Part shown: piece by piece, positions 1 to 8,612 of the stretch
Numbering within the stretch: the first letter of the stretch is position 1
Layout: each line of letters begins with the position of its first letter
Origin: Tissierellaceae bacterium
GTDB lineage: Bacteria > Bacillota > Clostridia > Tissierellales > Tissierellaceae
Length of the DNA stretch: 64,000 bases
Direction: 5' to 3'
Assembly (NCBI GenBank): GCA_041655755.1
Contig: JBBAEY010000001.1
Coordinates: 13,389-77,388, forward strand
Translations under genes and position numbers: made by a program
Notes under the pieces: model-generated
What the model was told of the DNA's origin: nothing
What the model saw: the letters and a program-made list of their open reading frames with translations, nothing else
Databases searched by the model: none

Positions 1-236
1 AAGGATTTTTCTTATTTGAGAGCCAAACAAGATGGCTGAACCTAGGAATATAGAGCAAATACCATTTATTATCACTAGGGATATAAATGGTATCTTTATC
101 TTATTTGTCCCATAGGCCAGACTGACTACAAAGGCGTCTAAAGATAGTGACAATGCTAATATTAGGCTTTGCATATAAACACCTCTCTATTATATAAACT
201 ATTACATTTTATTCAGAGAGGTGTTATCTGTTACAT

Positions 237-590
237 TTAGTTGTCCTCGTGATGGTGATCGTCTTTACAGGGTTGGCTGTTTCCCTCCAAATCTCCCTCT
301 AAGTATGCGGTAACTGCTGCCTGGGCTTCACCAGATACCCCTACTATTACTTCTATCCCATTTTCCTCAAATATCTTGATGGCACTACCGCCCATACTGC
401 CTGACATGATGACCTCTACTCCCATGTCCTTGAGGAAAACTGGAAGATAACCCGGTTGATGGCCCGGGTTTGCTATGGATTCTTCCCTTACTATTGACTT
501 GTCTTCAATATCAAAAATATTGAAGTTGGCACAATATCCAAAGTGCTCTGTTATATTTTGACCTTCACTTGCTACAGCTATCTTGACCAT
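237..590 (-). CDS. NifB/NifX-family (FeMo-cofactor-binding fold) small protein
   Basis: ORF 237..596. N-terminus 'VKIAVASEG..ITEHFG' and overall layout are typical of NifX/NifB C-terminal-domain proteins. GGAGG lies 8 nt before the ATG at 590 and only 2 nt before the one at 596, so the start is moved to 590. Confidence 0.75.
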   Translation of the reverse strand: MVKIAVASEGQNITEHFGYCANFNIFDIEDKSIVREESIANPGHQPGYLPVFLKDMGVEVIMSGSMGGSAIKIFEENGIEVIVGVSGEAQAAVTAYLEGDLEGNSQPCKDDHHHEDN

Positions 591-621
591 AATCATTACC
601 TCCTCAATATTTAAATATATT

Positions 622-1506
622 CTACAGGCTAGGTCCTTCTTGTTCCTCTAACAATATTTTCCTTGTCTTTTCATAAAGCTCCCTTGTAGCTCTGCCTGAT
701 GAACAATCAACATCTACTATGGTCTTGCCCATGTTAATGGCCTTTACTGCCTGTGAATCAAAGGGTATTTTCCCCACTAGGGCCAGGCCCTTTTCCCTGC
801 AGTATTCCTCTATTTTTTTCGTATTTTCAATATTGGTGTCGTATTTGTTGACGCAGACGGCAGTTTTTGTTCCAAATCTAGATGCCGTCTTTATAATACG
901 TTCCATGTCGCTAATACCCGATATGGAGGGCTCTGCCACTACTAGAACCATATCAACACCGCTGAGTGAAGCTATGACAGGACAGCCAATCCCCGGTGAA
1001 CCATCTATGATGGCAAACTCTGCGTCCTTTGCTTCTGAGTGCATTTGTTTCTTCACTTCTGTGACCAAGAGTCCAGATGTACCCTCTCCCATTTTTAGGT
1101 GGGCTGTGGAAAAGACCTTGCCCTTGTTTTTATATAGGGCCAGCTCCCCTGCCACTGTATCCTCCATAGTAATTGCCCCTACTGGACACACTAATTCACA
1201 AACAGCACATCCTTCGCACGCAAAGGGGTCCACCCTATAACTGTCATCTACATAGATGGCATTAAACCTACAACTTTGCTTGCATAGGTCACAGTCTATA
1301 CACAAGTCTGGATTTATCTCTGCCTTTTGCAGGGCATAGTAGTCGCTTTTCTCCGCCTCTATCTCCTGATCTGTTATGAGGTGCAAGTTTGGTGCATCTA
1401 CATCACAATCTGCATAGGCTCTAGCATCGGAAAGTTTGATAAATGCACTGGCTATGGTAGTCTTGCCTGTGCCTCCCTTTCCACTAAGAATTAGTAGTTG
1501 TTTCAT
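622..1506 (-). CDS. MinD/ParA-type P-loop ATPase with two 4Fe-4S ferredoxin-type Cys motifs
   Basis: Deviant Walker A 'SGKGGTGKTT'. Cys clusters 'CIDCDLCKQSC' and 'CEGCAVCELVCP'. Overlaps the upstream gene by 23 nt. Confidence 0.85.
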   Translation of the reverse strand: MKQLLILSGKGGTGKTTIASAFIKLSDARAYADCDVDAPNLHLITDQEIEAEKSDYYALQKAEINPDLCIDCDLCKQSCRFNAIYVDDSYRVDPFACEGCAVCELVCPVGAITMEDTVAGELALYKNKGKVFSTAHLKMGEGTSGLLVTEVKKQMHSEAKDAEFAIIDGSPGIGCPVIASLSGVDMVLVVAEPSISGISDMERIIKTASRFGTKTAVCVNKYDTNIENTKKIEEYCREKGLALVGKIPFDSQAVKAINMGKTIVDVDCSSGRATRELYEKTRKILLEEQEGPSL

Positions 1507-2344
1507 GACGCACCTCCTTTTTTACCCTATCCAGCAGGTCGGTAAATAGTTCCTTGTACTTTTCACTTTTTCTGACGACAATTTCAGCATTTGAATTTAA
1601 GGTACCCAATTCGCTGTCAAAGGGTATTTTCCCTAGGATATTTATTCCCCTTTCCAGGCAAAAATCCTCTGCTGGATTTTCCCCTTCTAGGGACTTATTT
1701 AGTACCACTCCAAAGGGTTTCTTAAACAATTGCACCAGCTCATAAACCATGTTGAGGTTGTGAACTCCAAATACTGTAGGCTCTGCTACCAAGATACAGT
1801 AGTCTGCATCCCTGATAGTTTCCATTACAGTGCAGGAACTTCCCGGAGGACTATCTATTAAAATAATTTTGTCGTCCCCTGCCTTGCTTTCTTCCAGAAG
1901 CCTTTCTATTATGGGAATACCTGAGGGCTCCCCAGTATTTAGTATTCCAGTATACACCTGTACATCTTCTGACCTACCCATTTGTACCTTTCCTATGGAC
2001 TTATCCTTCTCAGTCAAGGCCTTGACTGGGCAAACCATCATGCAGCCGCCGCAGGAGTGGCAAATATCGTCAAATACAATCAACCTATCCTTGGCATAGG
2101 CCAGGGCATTGAATCTACAAAACTCGACGCATTTTTTACAGCCATTACAGAGTTGGTTATCTACCTCAGGTATTTTTACCGTCACGTCCTCTTCCACTAA
2201 ATCCTTAGGCTTGAAGAAGAGATGTCCATTGGGCTCCTCTACATCACAATCTATATAGATGGAGTCTTCTGCTGCCGCAGCTAGGTTTACTGAAACCAAG
2301 GTCTTTCCCGTGCCTCCCTTGCCGCTAAGTACTGCTATTTTCAT
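1484..2344 (-). CDS. MinD/ParA-type P-loop ATPase with two 4Fe-4S ferredoxin-type Cys motifs (paralog of 622..1506)
   Basis: 'MKIAVLSGKGGTGKT', 'CNGCKKCVEFC', 'CHSCGGCMMVCP'. Start set to the ATG at 2344, 1 nt after the stop of the upstream gene. The 311-aa track ORF has an unsupported N-terminal extension. Confidence 0.85.
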   Translation of the reverse strand: MKIAVLSGKGGTGKTLVSVNLAAAAEDSIYIDCDVEEPNGHLFFKPKDLVEEDVTVKIPEVDNQLCNGCKKCVEFCRFNALAYAKDRLIVFDDICHSCGGCMMVCPVKALTEKDKSIGKVQMGRSEDVQVYTGILNTGEPSGIPIIERLLEESKAGDDKIILIDSPPGSSCTVMETIRDADYCILVAEPTVFGVHNLNMVYELVQLFKKPFGVVLNKSLEGENPAEDFCLERGINILGKIPFDSELGTLNSNAEIVVRKSEKYKELFTDLLDRVKKEVRHETTTNS

Positions 2345-2345
2345 C

Positions 2346-2714
2346 TTAATGCCCTCCGTGGTCGTGAAATCCATCGTGGATTTCAGAAAGTGGTTGAAGT
2401 TCTCCTGCCATGTAGGCATCTATATTTTCCCTTATGGATTTTAATGTGGTCTTGTATATTTCTACGCTGGCGGATTTCAGGGTATTGGCAGCATTTTCTC
2501 CACACTGTGGAGTTAGGAGTACAGTTGAATCCGAGTCTATGACTGTTTGTGCCGCCTTGACTCCCGCCCCTCCTGAACTCATTGCAGCCTTGTTTTCAAT
2601 AAATTCGCTTTCCTTACTTTCTGTGTCGTATACTAAAAAATATGGGCTTCTTCCAAAGGACGTGCCTACATTGCTTTCTATGTCTTTTTTGCCTACGGGC
2701 ATTGCTATTTTCAT
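2346..2714 (-). CDS. NifB/NifX-family small protein (second copy)
   Basis: 'MKIAMPV...FGRSPYFLVYD' and a His-rich tail. Same fold family as 237..590. Confidence 0.75.
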   Translation of the reverse strand: MKIAMPVGKKDIESNVGTSFGRSPYFLVYDTESKESEFIENKAAMSSGGAGVKAAQTVIDSDSTVLLTPQCGENAANTLKSASVEIYKTTLKSIRENIDAYMAGELQPLSEIHDGFHDHGGH

Positions 2715-2744
2715 AAATATCCTCCATTCAATTGATAATCTTTT

Positions 2745-3128
2745 CTATGGATTTCCCCTCTTGTGAAATCTCATACCTCGTCTGTGCCTATGGCATCCAG
2801 GCCCACAGCCATTTCCAAATCCCTCACCCATTCCCTCGCATAGCTTGTATTCTCCACCTTCTATATGGAGTACCTTGCATTCCACTAGGGATTGGGCAAG
2901 CTTTCGCCTGGCTTCCTTGTAAATGCCCTGGACAGTGGTACGGGCAATATCCATTTGTTTTGCACACTCTTCCTGAGTAAATCCCTCTAAATCTATTAGT
3001 CTTATGGCCTCGTATTCATCTACGGTCATATTTATAAGTCTCTTTCCTTCTGCTGACTGATCCAAAGGGCCAAATCTATTACTTTCTGGCAAACCGCAAA
3101 CCTTTCTCCATTTCATCGGTCTGGGCAT
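2745..3128 (-). CDS. DUF134 (UPF0251) putative DNA-binding protein
   Basis: Family-typical N-terminus '[14 protein letters not shown]'. GGAGGTG lies 9 nt upstream of the ATG at 3128. The track ORF start at 3173 has no SD. Confidence 0.75.
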   Translation of the reverse strand: MPRPMKWRKVCGLPESNRFGPLDQSAEGKRLINMTVDEYEAIRLIDLEGFTQEECAKQMDIARTTVQGIYKEARRKLAQSLVECKVLHIEGGEYKLCEGMGEGFGNGCGPGCHRHRRGMRFHKRGNP

Positions 3129-3175
3129 GTCTTCTATCACCTCCATAGCCTGATCTTTTCCAAACTTATCCACAC

Positions 3176-3258
3176 CCCTGTGCCAGCGAGAACCGTCCCC
3201 GGTGGCACGGTGGCACAGGGATAAGTAGAAATAACCGGAGCGTCCCCCGGTTATTTTT
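3176..3258. repeat. Two adjacent GC-rich hairpins sharing the core CCGG-AG-(AA)C-GTCCCC-GG; related copies at 26613-26675
   Basis: 10-bp arms CCCTGTGCCA (3176-3185) and TGGCACAGGG (3211-3220) enclose GAGAACCGTCCCCGGTGGC (3188-3206). A second hairpin has arms AATAACCGG (3230-3238) and CCGGTTATT (3247-3255) with loop AGCGTCCC. Confidence 0.7.
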
Positions 3259-3272
3259 ACTTATATTCTATT

Positions 3273-3527
3273 TTATAGATCTTCTAGTTGCTTTTCAATA
3301 TATTCTAACTGATCTTTTAATATTTCTTTTTGCTCTTCCAACAATTCCTTGTCTGTTCTTGAATAATATGGTTCTGCATTGTATCCTGGACCAAAACCTG
3401 GACCAAAACCTCGTCCTCTGCCAAATCCCATTCTGGGGCCAGGACCATAGGCTCTAGCACAGTAACCCATGCCTCTTCCACTCATTGGACCATAACCCAT
3501 TGGGCCTCTACCGTCTCCTCTTGGCAT
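3273..3527 (-). CDS. DUF5320 family protein (Gly/Pro/Arg-rich N-terminus, coiled-coil C-terminus)
   Basis: 'MPRGDGRGPMGYGPMSGRGMGYC' plus C-terminal 'ELLEEQKEILKDQLEYIEKQLEDL'. GGAGGTGAAAT precedes the ATG. Confidence 0.7.
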   Translation of the reverse strand: MPRGDGRGPMGYGPMSGRGMGYCARAYGPGPRMGFGRGRGFGPGFGPGYNAEPYYSRTDKELLEEQKEILKDQLEYIEKQLEDL

Positions 3528-3544
3528 AATTTCACCTCCTAAAG

Positions 3545-3600
3545 TTTATGACATATGTCCCTTTCAATTATTATTATACTCCATTTATGACATATGTCAA
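3545..3600 (-). promoter_or_regulatory. SigA-type promoter with two copies of the operator TTTATGACATATGTC
   Basis: On the minus strand: -35 TTGACA (plus 3595-3600), 16-nt spacer, -10 TATAAT (plus 3573-3578). Identical 15-mers lie at 3545-3559 and 3584-3598. The second is extended by one base to the perfect 12-bp palindrome TGACATATGTCA (3588-3599). One copy overlaps the -35 and the other lies in the 5-prime UTR next to the SD. Confidence 0.6.
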
Positions 3601-3660
3601 TAACCCTTCTAAATATATTTTTTCTTTTTATCGAATAGGTGTTTATTTCATTTCCAACTA

Positions 3661-3669
3661 TGATATAAT
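3661..3669 (+). promoter_or_regulatory. Extended -10 promoter element TGATATAAT for the histidine kinase operon
   Basis: Exact TGnTATAAT about 45 nt upstream of the proposed start. The -35 is weak. Confidence 0.35.
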
Positions 3670-3716
3670 ATCATTCATATATATCTGGAACTTTTATGGG
3701 TACGGAGGTGAATCTT

Positions 3717-5786
3717 TTGAAGCATAGGCGAATATCCCTTGTAGCTGCCATGGTTTCTATTATCTTTATATTGAATCTTATGGTTATAGGTATTATTGCC
3801 ATAAATAGTCAATCCTCCTACAATAATATGGCAAGGAAGCAAAGTGCAAAACTCTTGTCTCTTATATTTGAACGCACAGAAAATTATTTTAATGAACTTT
3901 TAAAGGATGCCTCCAATTTTAATAGGCTCCTAAGAGATCAAATTGTACTTAATGACTCTTATTTGGATGGGGACCTAGGCTCTATAGAGAAGCATACCCA
4001 TTATATCATAGAAAATGCCAAGCATAGGCACCCTCAAATTAGTGCCATTGGATATGGCGACCAGCAGGGAAGGTTTGTCGGCTTTAGGATTAACCCCGAT
4101 AGGACAATTAACTTAATGCTCAAGGACAAGAGGACGGAGGACAAGTTGATTATTTACTCCTCTGACACTATGGAATCTAATGAAAATGCAGTTTTTGACG
4201 ACTATATTATTGAGGACAGGCCCTGGTATGCCCCAGTAAGGGAAAACCCTGTAACCCAGTGGTCCGATGTCTATGTGAACTACGATGAAATAATGGACCT
4301 TACAATCACTGTAATGAGTCCGGTCTTTCACAAGGGGGATTTTGCTGGAATTGTAACATCTGACCTATCCCTAAATATAATAAACGACTTTTTAAAAAAA
4401 GACGAATCCATAGGCATGGGCCTTGTCTTTATCATAGATAGGGACAATAATATCTTGGCCCATTCAGGTCAGGGAAGCCACTTTTATCTTATACAGGGCA
4501 ATAGCCCTAGGTATGCACCCCTGACGGCCCTTAATGTGGATAATCCAATTATATCGGCCAGTATAAGCCAGATAGTAGATAAGCATATACAAAATGACAC
4601 CTTTACATTTGACTTGGACAGGGCTGGATACTATGGATATGTTGGCGAGTTGAATAAAACCAATGATTTTGGCCTTCGCTCGGTTATCGTCATTCCCGAA
4701 GAGGATATAATGGCAGATGTGAAAAACCAGCAATACCAATCGCTCATGGGGATCTTTGCCTCTGTGAGCCTGAGTATCGTATTGGGCCTATGGCTTCTAA
4801 GTATCATAATAAAACCAGTGAACAAGGTTACAAACTTGGCTAAGGCTCTCTCTAACAGCGATTTTTCCGCCACTGTCGACGAGGACAGTTTATATATTAG
4901 CGAAACCTACGATTTGGTACATGCCTTTAACTATATGACCTCGGAGCTAAAACAGGCATTCTCTCTGGTTAAGGCAAATGAACATTTATTAGAGGCCAAG
5001 GTCATTGAGAAGACTGCCGAGCTTGAAAAAACCTATATCGAACTTTTGGAAAAGGAAAAATTAGCGTCTTTGGGTAGTTTAGTCGCAGGTATATCTCATG
5101 AAATCAATACGCCTCTGGGCACTGCAGTATCAGCATGTTCCTACCTGAGAGAACAGAACCAAAAGCTGACAAGGTCCCTCAGGGAGAAAAAACTAACCAA
5201 GGTCGATTTTGTTGACTTCCTAGAAAACACCAGGGAAAGTCTTGATATAATGGATGTAAACCTTACTCGGGCCGCAGAACTCATTAGCACATTTAAGCAG
5301 GTTTCTGTGGACCAGTCAGCCTCCATAGCTAGTAGGTTTTTCCTTGGGGAATATATTGAGTCCATATTTTTGACCCTCAAGCACGAATATAAGAACAAGG
5401 ATTTTCAATACAATATCCACTGCCCTGAGGACCTGGATATATTTGCCTATCCGGGTGCTATATCACACGTATTTACCAACTTGATTATGAACTCATTAAA
5501 TCATGCTTTTAAGGCCAAGGGCACCTTGGTCATAGACATAGATGTTGAAGAAGTGGGCGATGATATTGTAATTAAATTTAAGGATAATGGAAGGGGCATC
5601 TCAAGTGAGAATTTAAAGCATATCTTTGATCCTTTTTTCACCACTAGGAGGAATGAAGGTGGGAGCGGCCTAGGTTTAAGTATTGTCTATAATACAATTA
5701 CCAGTAGCCTAGGAGCTAGTATCACTTGTGACAGTCAATTAGATATAGGAACGGTATTTACTATTATATTGCCAAAATCGATATGA
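3717..5786 (+). CDS. Sensor histidine kinase with extracytoplasmic Cache-type domain
   Basis: TM, then a sensor region with 'DRPWYAP' (Cache hallmark), then a second TM and a HAMP-like linker. 'GISHEINTPLG' is the H-box and 'GGSGLGLSIV' the G2 box. Start placed at TTG 3717, 6 nt after GGAGGTG. The track ATG at 3696 lacks an SD. Confidence 0.85.
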   Translation: MKHRRISLVAAMVSIIFILNLMVIGIIAINSQSSYNNMARKQSAKLLSLIFERTENYFNELLKDASNFNRLLRDQIVLNDSYLDGDLGSIEKHTHYIIENAKHRHPQISAIGYGDQQGRFVGFRINPDRTINLMLKDKRTEDKLIIYSSDTMESNENAVFDDYIIEDRPWYAPVRENPVTQWSDVYVNYDEIMDLTITVMSPVFHKGDFAGIVTSDLSLNIINDFLKKDESIGMGLVFIIDRDNNILAHSGQGSHFYLIQGNSPRYAPLTALNVDNPIISASISQIVDKHIQNDTFTFDLDRAGYYGYVGELNKTNDFGLRSVIVIPEEDIMADVKNQQYQSLMGIFASVSLSIVLGLWLLSIIIKPVNKVTNLAKALSNSDFSATVDEDSLYISETYDLVHAFNYMTSELKQAFSLVKANEHLLEAKVIEKTAELEKTYIELLEKEKLASLGSLVAGISHEINTPLGTAVSACSYLREQNQKLTRSLREKKLTKVDFVDFLENTRESLDIMDVNLTRAAELISTFKQVSVDQSASIASRFFLGEYIESIFLTLKHEYKNKDFQYNIHCPEDLDIFAYPGAISHVFTNLIMNSLNHAFKAKGTLVIDIDVEEVGDDIVIKFKDNGRGISSENLKHIFDPFFTTRRNEGGSGLGLSIVYNTITSSLGASITCDSQLDIGTVFTIILPKSI

Positions 5787-5799
5787 AAGGGTGATATTA

Positions 5800-6777
5800 A
5801 TGAAGGACTGGGATTTAGACCAGGCAGGACTAGATTTTTTAAAGGAAGATAGGGAAGACTATAGGCCTATGAAGGGTCCTCCATATAAGCTGCTCGTTGC
5901 CGATGACGATGAGGAGGTACACAAGGTTTCTAGGCTTATGCTCAAGGACTTCGAATTTGAAGGAAGGGGTATTGAAATTCTCCACGCCTATTCTGGCGAG
6001 GAAACCCTAAGGGTTTGCAGGGAAAATCCTGATATTGCAATATTGTTTTTAGATGTAGTCATGGAAAGCAATCACAGCGGCCTTAAGGTAGTAGAAACCC
6101 TGCGCAATGAAGATAAAAACAAGCTCATTCGCATAATTCTTAGGACTGGACAGCCTGGAGAGGCCCCCGAAGACGAGGTCATTAAAAAATACGACATTAA
6201 TGACTATAGGCTAAAAACGGAACTGACCATGAGAAGATTGCACACTACCCTATATACTACCCTCAGAAACTACAGGGACCTGACAAGCATAGAAAAACAT
6301 AGAAGGGGACTGCAGAAAATCTTAGAAGCTTCTTCAAGATTGTTTGCCCATAATTCCCTAGATGATTTTCTCAAAAGTATACTGGAGGAATTATCCAACT
6401 TTCAGGAAGACAATTATCCCATGGTCTATATCAGGGAAAAAGATACTAGACCGTCAAATGGCTTTGCCTCCCTGAAACAAAATAATGAACACATAATAGT
6501 CTCTGCCACAGGTAAATATGAGGTCTATGTAGGGGAGCATATAGACAAGTTGCCCAATTACGACGAGATCTATGCTAGTATTCAAAGCTCAGGAGATGCC
6601 AGGGATATTATCCTGCCCCTTAGCAAGGGCTTTATAGTTAAAAGTTTAGGTGCTTCCAGGGTAAATAATTTCATATTTATCGAGGGTGCCAATGAGAGTT
6701 TTGACTTTGACCTCATAAAGATCTTTTTGTCTAGTTTTTCCCTTGCCCTAGATAACTACCTATCTATTCATGAATAG
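5800..6777 (+). CDS. Response regulator with DUF3369-type C-terminal domain
   Basis: REC domain ('LLVADDDEEVH', 'FLDVVME', 'ILRTGQPGEAPE..DINDYRLKTEL') followed by a GAF-like region typical of DUF3369 regulators. ATG at 5800; the track began at GTG 5791. Confidence 0.8.
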   Translation: MKDWDLDQAGLDFLKEDREDYRPMKGPPYKLLVADDDEEVHKVSRLMLKDFEFEGRGIEILHAYSGEETLRVCRENPDIAILFLDVVMESNHSGLKVVETLRNEDKNKLIRIILRTGQPGEAPEDEVIKKYDINDYRLKTELTMRRLHTTLYTTLRNYRDLTSIEKHRRGLQKILEASSRLFAHNSLDDFLKSILEELSNFQEDNYPMVYIREKDTRPSNGFASLKQNNEHIIVSATGKYEVYVGEHIDKLPNYDEIYASIQSSGDARDIILPLSKGFIVKSLGASRVNNFIFIEGANESFDFDLIKIFLSSFSLALDNYLSIHE

Positions 6778-6850
6778 TAGACTTTTCGTGGAAAAGATAG
6801 ACAAGATACTAGGATACAGGTAAAATATATAATATAGGAGGATGATTTAA

Positions 6851-7045
6851 ATGGATTTAAATGAAAAAGTATTAGAAGCCTTGAAGAGTGAAGGAAAACC
6901 CATGAGAAGTGGTGAACTAGTTGAGCAAACTGGATTAGATAAGAAGGATGTGGATAAGGCCATAAAAAACCTTAAAAAAGATGGTCTTATCGATTCACCC
7001 AAAAGGTGTTACTATGCCCTAGCCAGCGATGAAAAAGAAGATTAA
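6851..7045 (+). CDS. Small winged-helix type putative DNA-binding protein
   Basis: 64 aa. Helix-turn-helix-like 'SGELVEQTGLDKKDVDKAIKNLKKDGLI'. Strong SD AGGAGG. Followed by a terminator. Confidence 0.5.
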   Translation: MDLNEKVLEALKSEGKPMRSGELVEQTGLDKKDVDKAIKNLKKDGLIDSPKRCYYALASDEKED

Positions 7046-7048
7046 TAT

Positions 7049-7084
7049 AAAAAAATGCTACAACTAAGCTTGTAGCATTTTTTT
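7049..7084. terminator. Bidirectional rho-independent terminator
   Basis: A6, stem ATGCTACAA (7055-7063), loop CTAAGC, stem TTGTAGCAT (7070-7078), then T6. Sits between convergent genes. Confidence 0.8.
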
Positions 7085-8531
7085 ATAGGATTTCTATGTC
7101 ATTTTTCCCCTTAGACTTTGACTTATACATGGCCTCATCTGCACGATTAAGTGCATCAAAGAAGCTTGAATCCCCTTCCCTGAAGTAGGATACTCCCATG
7201 GAAATGGTTGCCCTTATTTCCTTCATACCCAAATCCACCTTTGCATCGGATACGGCCTCCAGGATCTTTCTGGAAAATGGTTTTACAGAGTTTTCCTCCA
7301 GGTCCTTGAGAATTCCAATAAACTCGTCACCGCCCCAGCGAAATAGGCTGTCGTCTTTTCTAATATTTTTCTTGACCATATCTACTTTTTGCTTGAGTAC
7401 CTGATCCCCTGCAAAATGTCCATAGCTATCGTTTATATCCTTGAGATTGTCTATATCGAACATCATAATAGCCGGAGATACTCCCCTTATCTTAAACTCA
7501 CTAAAGGCCTCTATCAGCAATCTTTCTCCATACCTTCTGCTGCCTATCCTGGTCAAGGGATCGTATTGGGCTTCCCTGACTGCCCTACTAAGTGAATAGT
7601 GACTGTCCTCTAAGTTCATCAAGACTCCTTTGGCAAAGCTCACCACATATAGGTATATGATGGCGATGAATGTCAGCAGAATAACAAAAGCTGCTGCAAA
7701 TAGCTGGGTATCCAACTGCTTAATGGGGGCAAATAATAAATCTTCCTTTACCCTTGAATAGTAGTAGAAATCATTTTGAATAGCTACTGCCTGATAATAA
7801 TAGCCTTCATTTGTAAAGGAATATATATTATCTTCTTCTCTTAATATCCTTCCCCCCGAGACTAGGTCATCAAACTCATCTCGGTCTAACAAGCCTAGCT
7901 TTACGGTAGCAGTACATAAGTTGTGTATCTGATTTGTAAAGTCAAATATAAGGGAGTCATTGGCCAAAACTTTTCCATTATGGACTATGGGCGATCTTAC
8001 CATAAAGTAAATCTTGTCATCTATCCTACATATCTCGGATTCCATGGCTTCACCTTCTGCTGAATAAGCCTCCAAATTGCAGCCCTCGGTCAGTTCTTCC
8101 TTTGAACTATATCTAGCTATGAGCTCCCTACCTATGACCCTGTCCGCCCTGAGCAAATGTTCTAATATACTAGCTCCATCCTGATATTTTGACTGGGTAT
8201 ATTCTTTTAGCTCCCCAAGACCTATGAGGTCTGATTCGTATTCCACGAGGGCATTCTTGATCATTGTTCTGCTTCTAAGACTTTTTGCCCCCTCCAATGC
8301 CCTCTCCATGTCACCTTGGAGGGAGGCATATTTCACTGTAAAGGACTGGCTAAAGTTATCTGTTATACTTTTCTCCAAACTCCTGCTAAGAGGTAAATAA
8401 ATAAGTGAAAAAATCGCAACTGCACCGAAGAACATAATTAGAAAAAATGTAATATTAACTCTCTTTACGAATATTTCTACCATTTTTGTCTGACTGCCTG
8501 TTTCATGTGGGGCCCCCGTATGCACTTCCAT
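7083..8531 (-). CDS. Membrane-bound diguanylate cyclase (GGDEF) with N-terminal sensor region
   Basis: 'DPLTRIGSRR', 'DIDNLKDINDSYGHFAGD', 'RWGGDEF'. Two TM segments flank a roughly 230-aa extracytoplasmic domain. GGGAGAG lies 7 nt upstream of the ATG. Confidence 0.85.
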   Translation of the reverse strand: MEVHTGAPHETGSQTKMVEIFVKRVNITFFLIMFFGAVAIFSLIYLPLSRSLEKSITDNFSQSFTVKYASLQGDMERALEGAKSLRSRTMIKNALVEYESDLIGLGELKEYTQSKYQDGASILEHLLRADRVIGRELIARYSSKEELTEGCNLEAYSAEGEAMESEICRIDDKIYFMVRSPIVHNGKVLANDSLIFDFTNQIHNLCTATVKLGLLDRDEFDDLVSGGRILREEDNIYSFTNEGYYYQAVAIQNDFYYYSRVKEDLLFAPIKQLDTQLFAAAFVILLTFIAIIYLYVVSFAKGVLMNLEDSHYSLSRAVREAQYDPLTRIGSRRYGERLLIEAFSEFKIRGVSPAIMMFDIDNLKDINDSYGHFAGDQVLKQKVDMVKKNIRKDDSLFRWGGDEFIGILKDLEENSVKPFSRKILEAVSDAKVDLGMKEIRATISMGVSYFREGDSSFFDALNRADEAMYKSKSKGKNDIEIL

Positions 8532-8612
8532 AGGATCACTCTCCCTTATAGCAAAAATATTTACATCTTAATAGCTTGATTAAAGCATCCTAACACATTC
8601 TGTGGTGTGTAG

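Noticed and set aside
178-226. 11-bp inverted repeat AACACCTCTCT / AGAGAGGTGTT just downstream of the first gene.
   Set aside because: The loop is 27 nt and there is no U-tract. It may be a weak terminator but cannot be supported. The first 236 nt otherwise show no callable feature.
719-1240. 173-aa plus-strand ORF, and many similar track ORFs antisense to strong genes (for example 1554..1745, 1830..2099, 2434..2766, 7198..7404, 9394..9633, 10299..10673, 13548..13835, 25799..26095, 26788..27141, 35336..35623, 37552..37860, 39209..39688, 42348..42683, 57073..57387).
   Set aside because: All lie entirely inside well-supported CDSs on the opposite strand. They have no SD or family motifs, and their composition is typical of shadow frames.
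6851-7045. Considered a Z-alpha-like (Z-DNA-binding) winged helix for the 64-aa protein.
   Set aside because: The key Asn/Tyr/Trp positions of Z-alpha are not clearly present. It is called only a generic winged-helix candidate.
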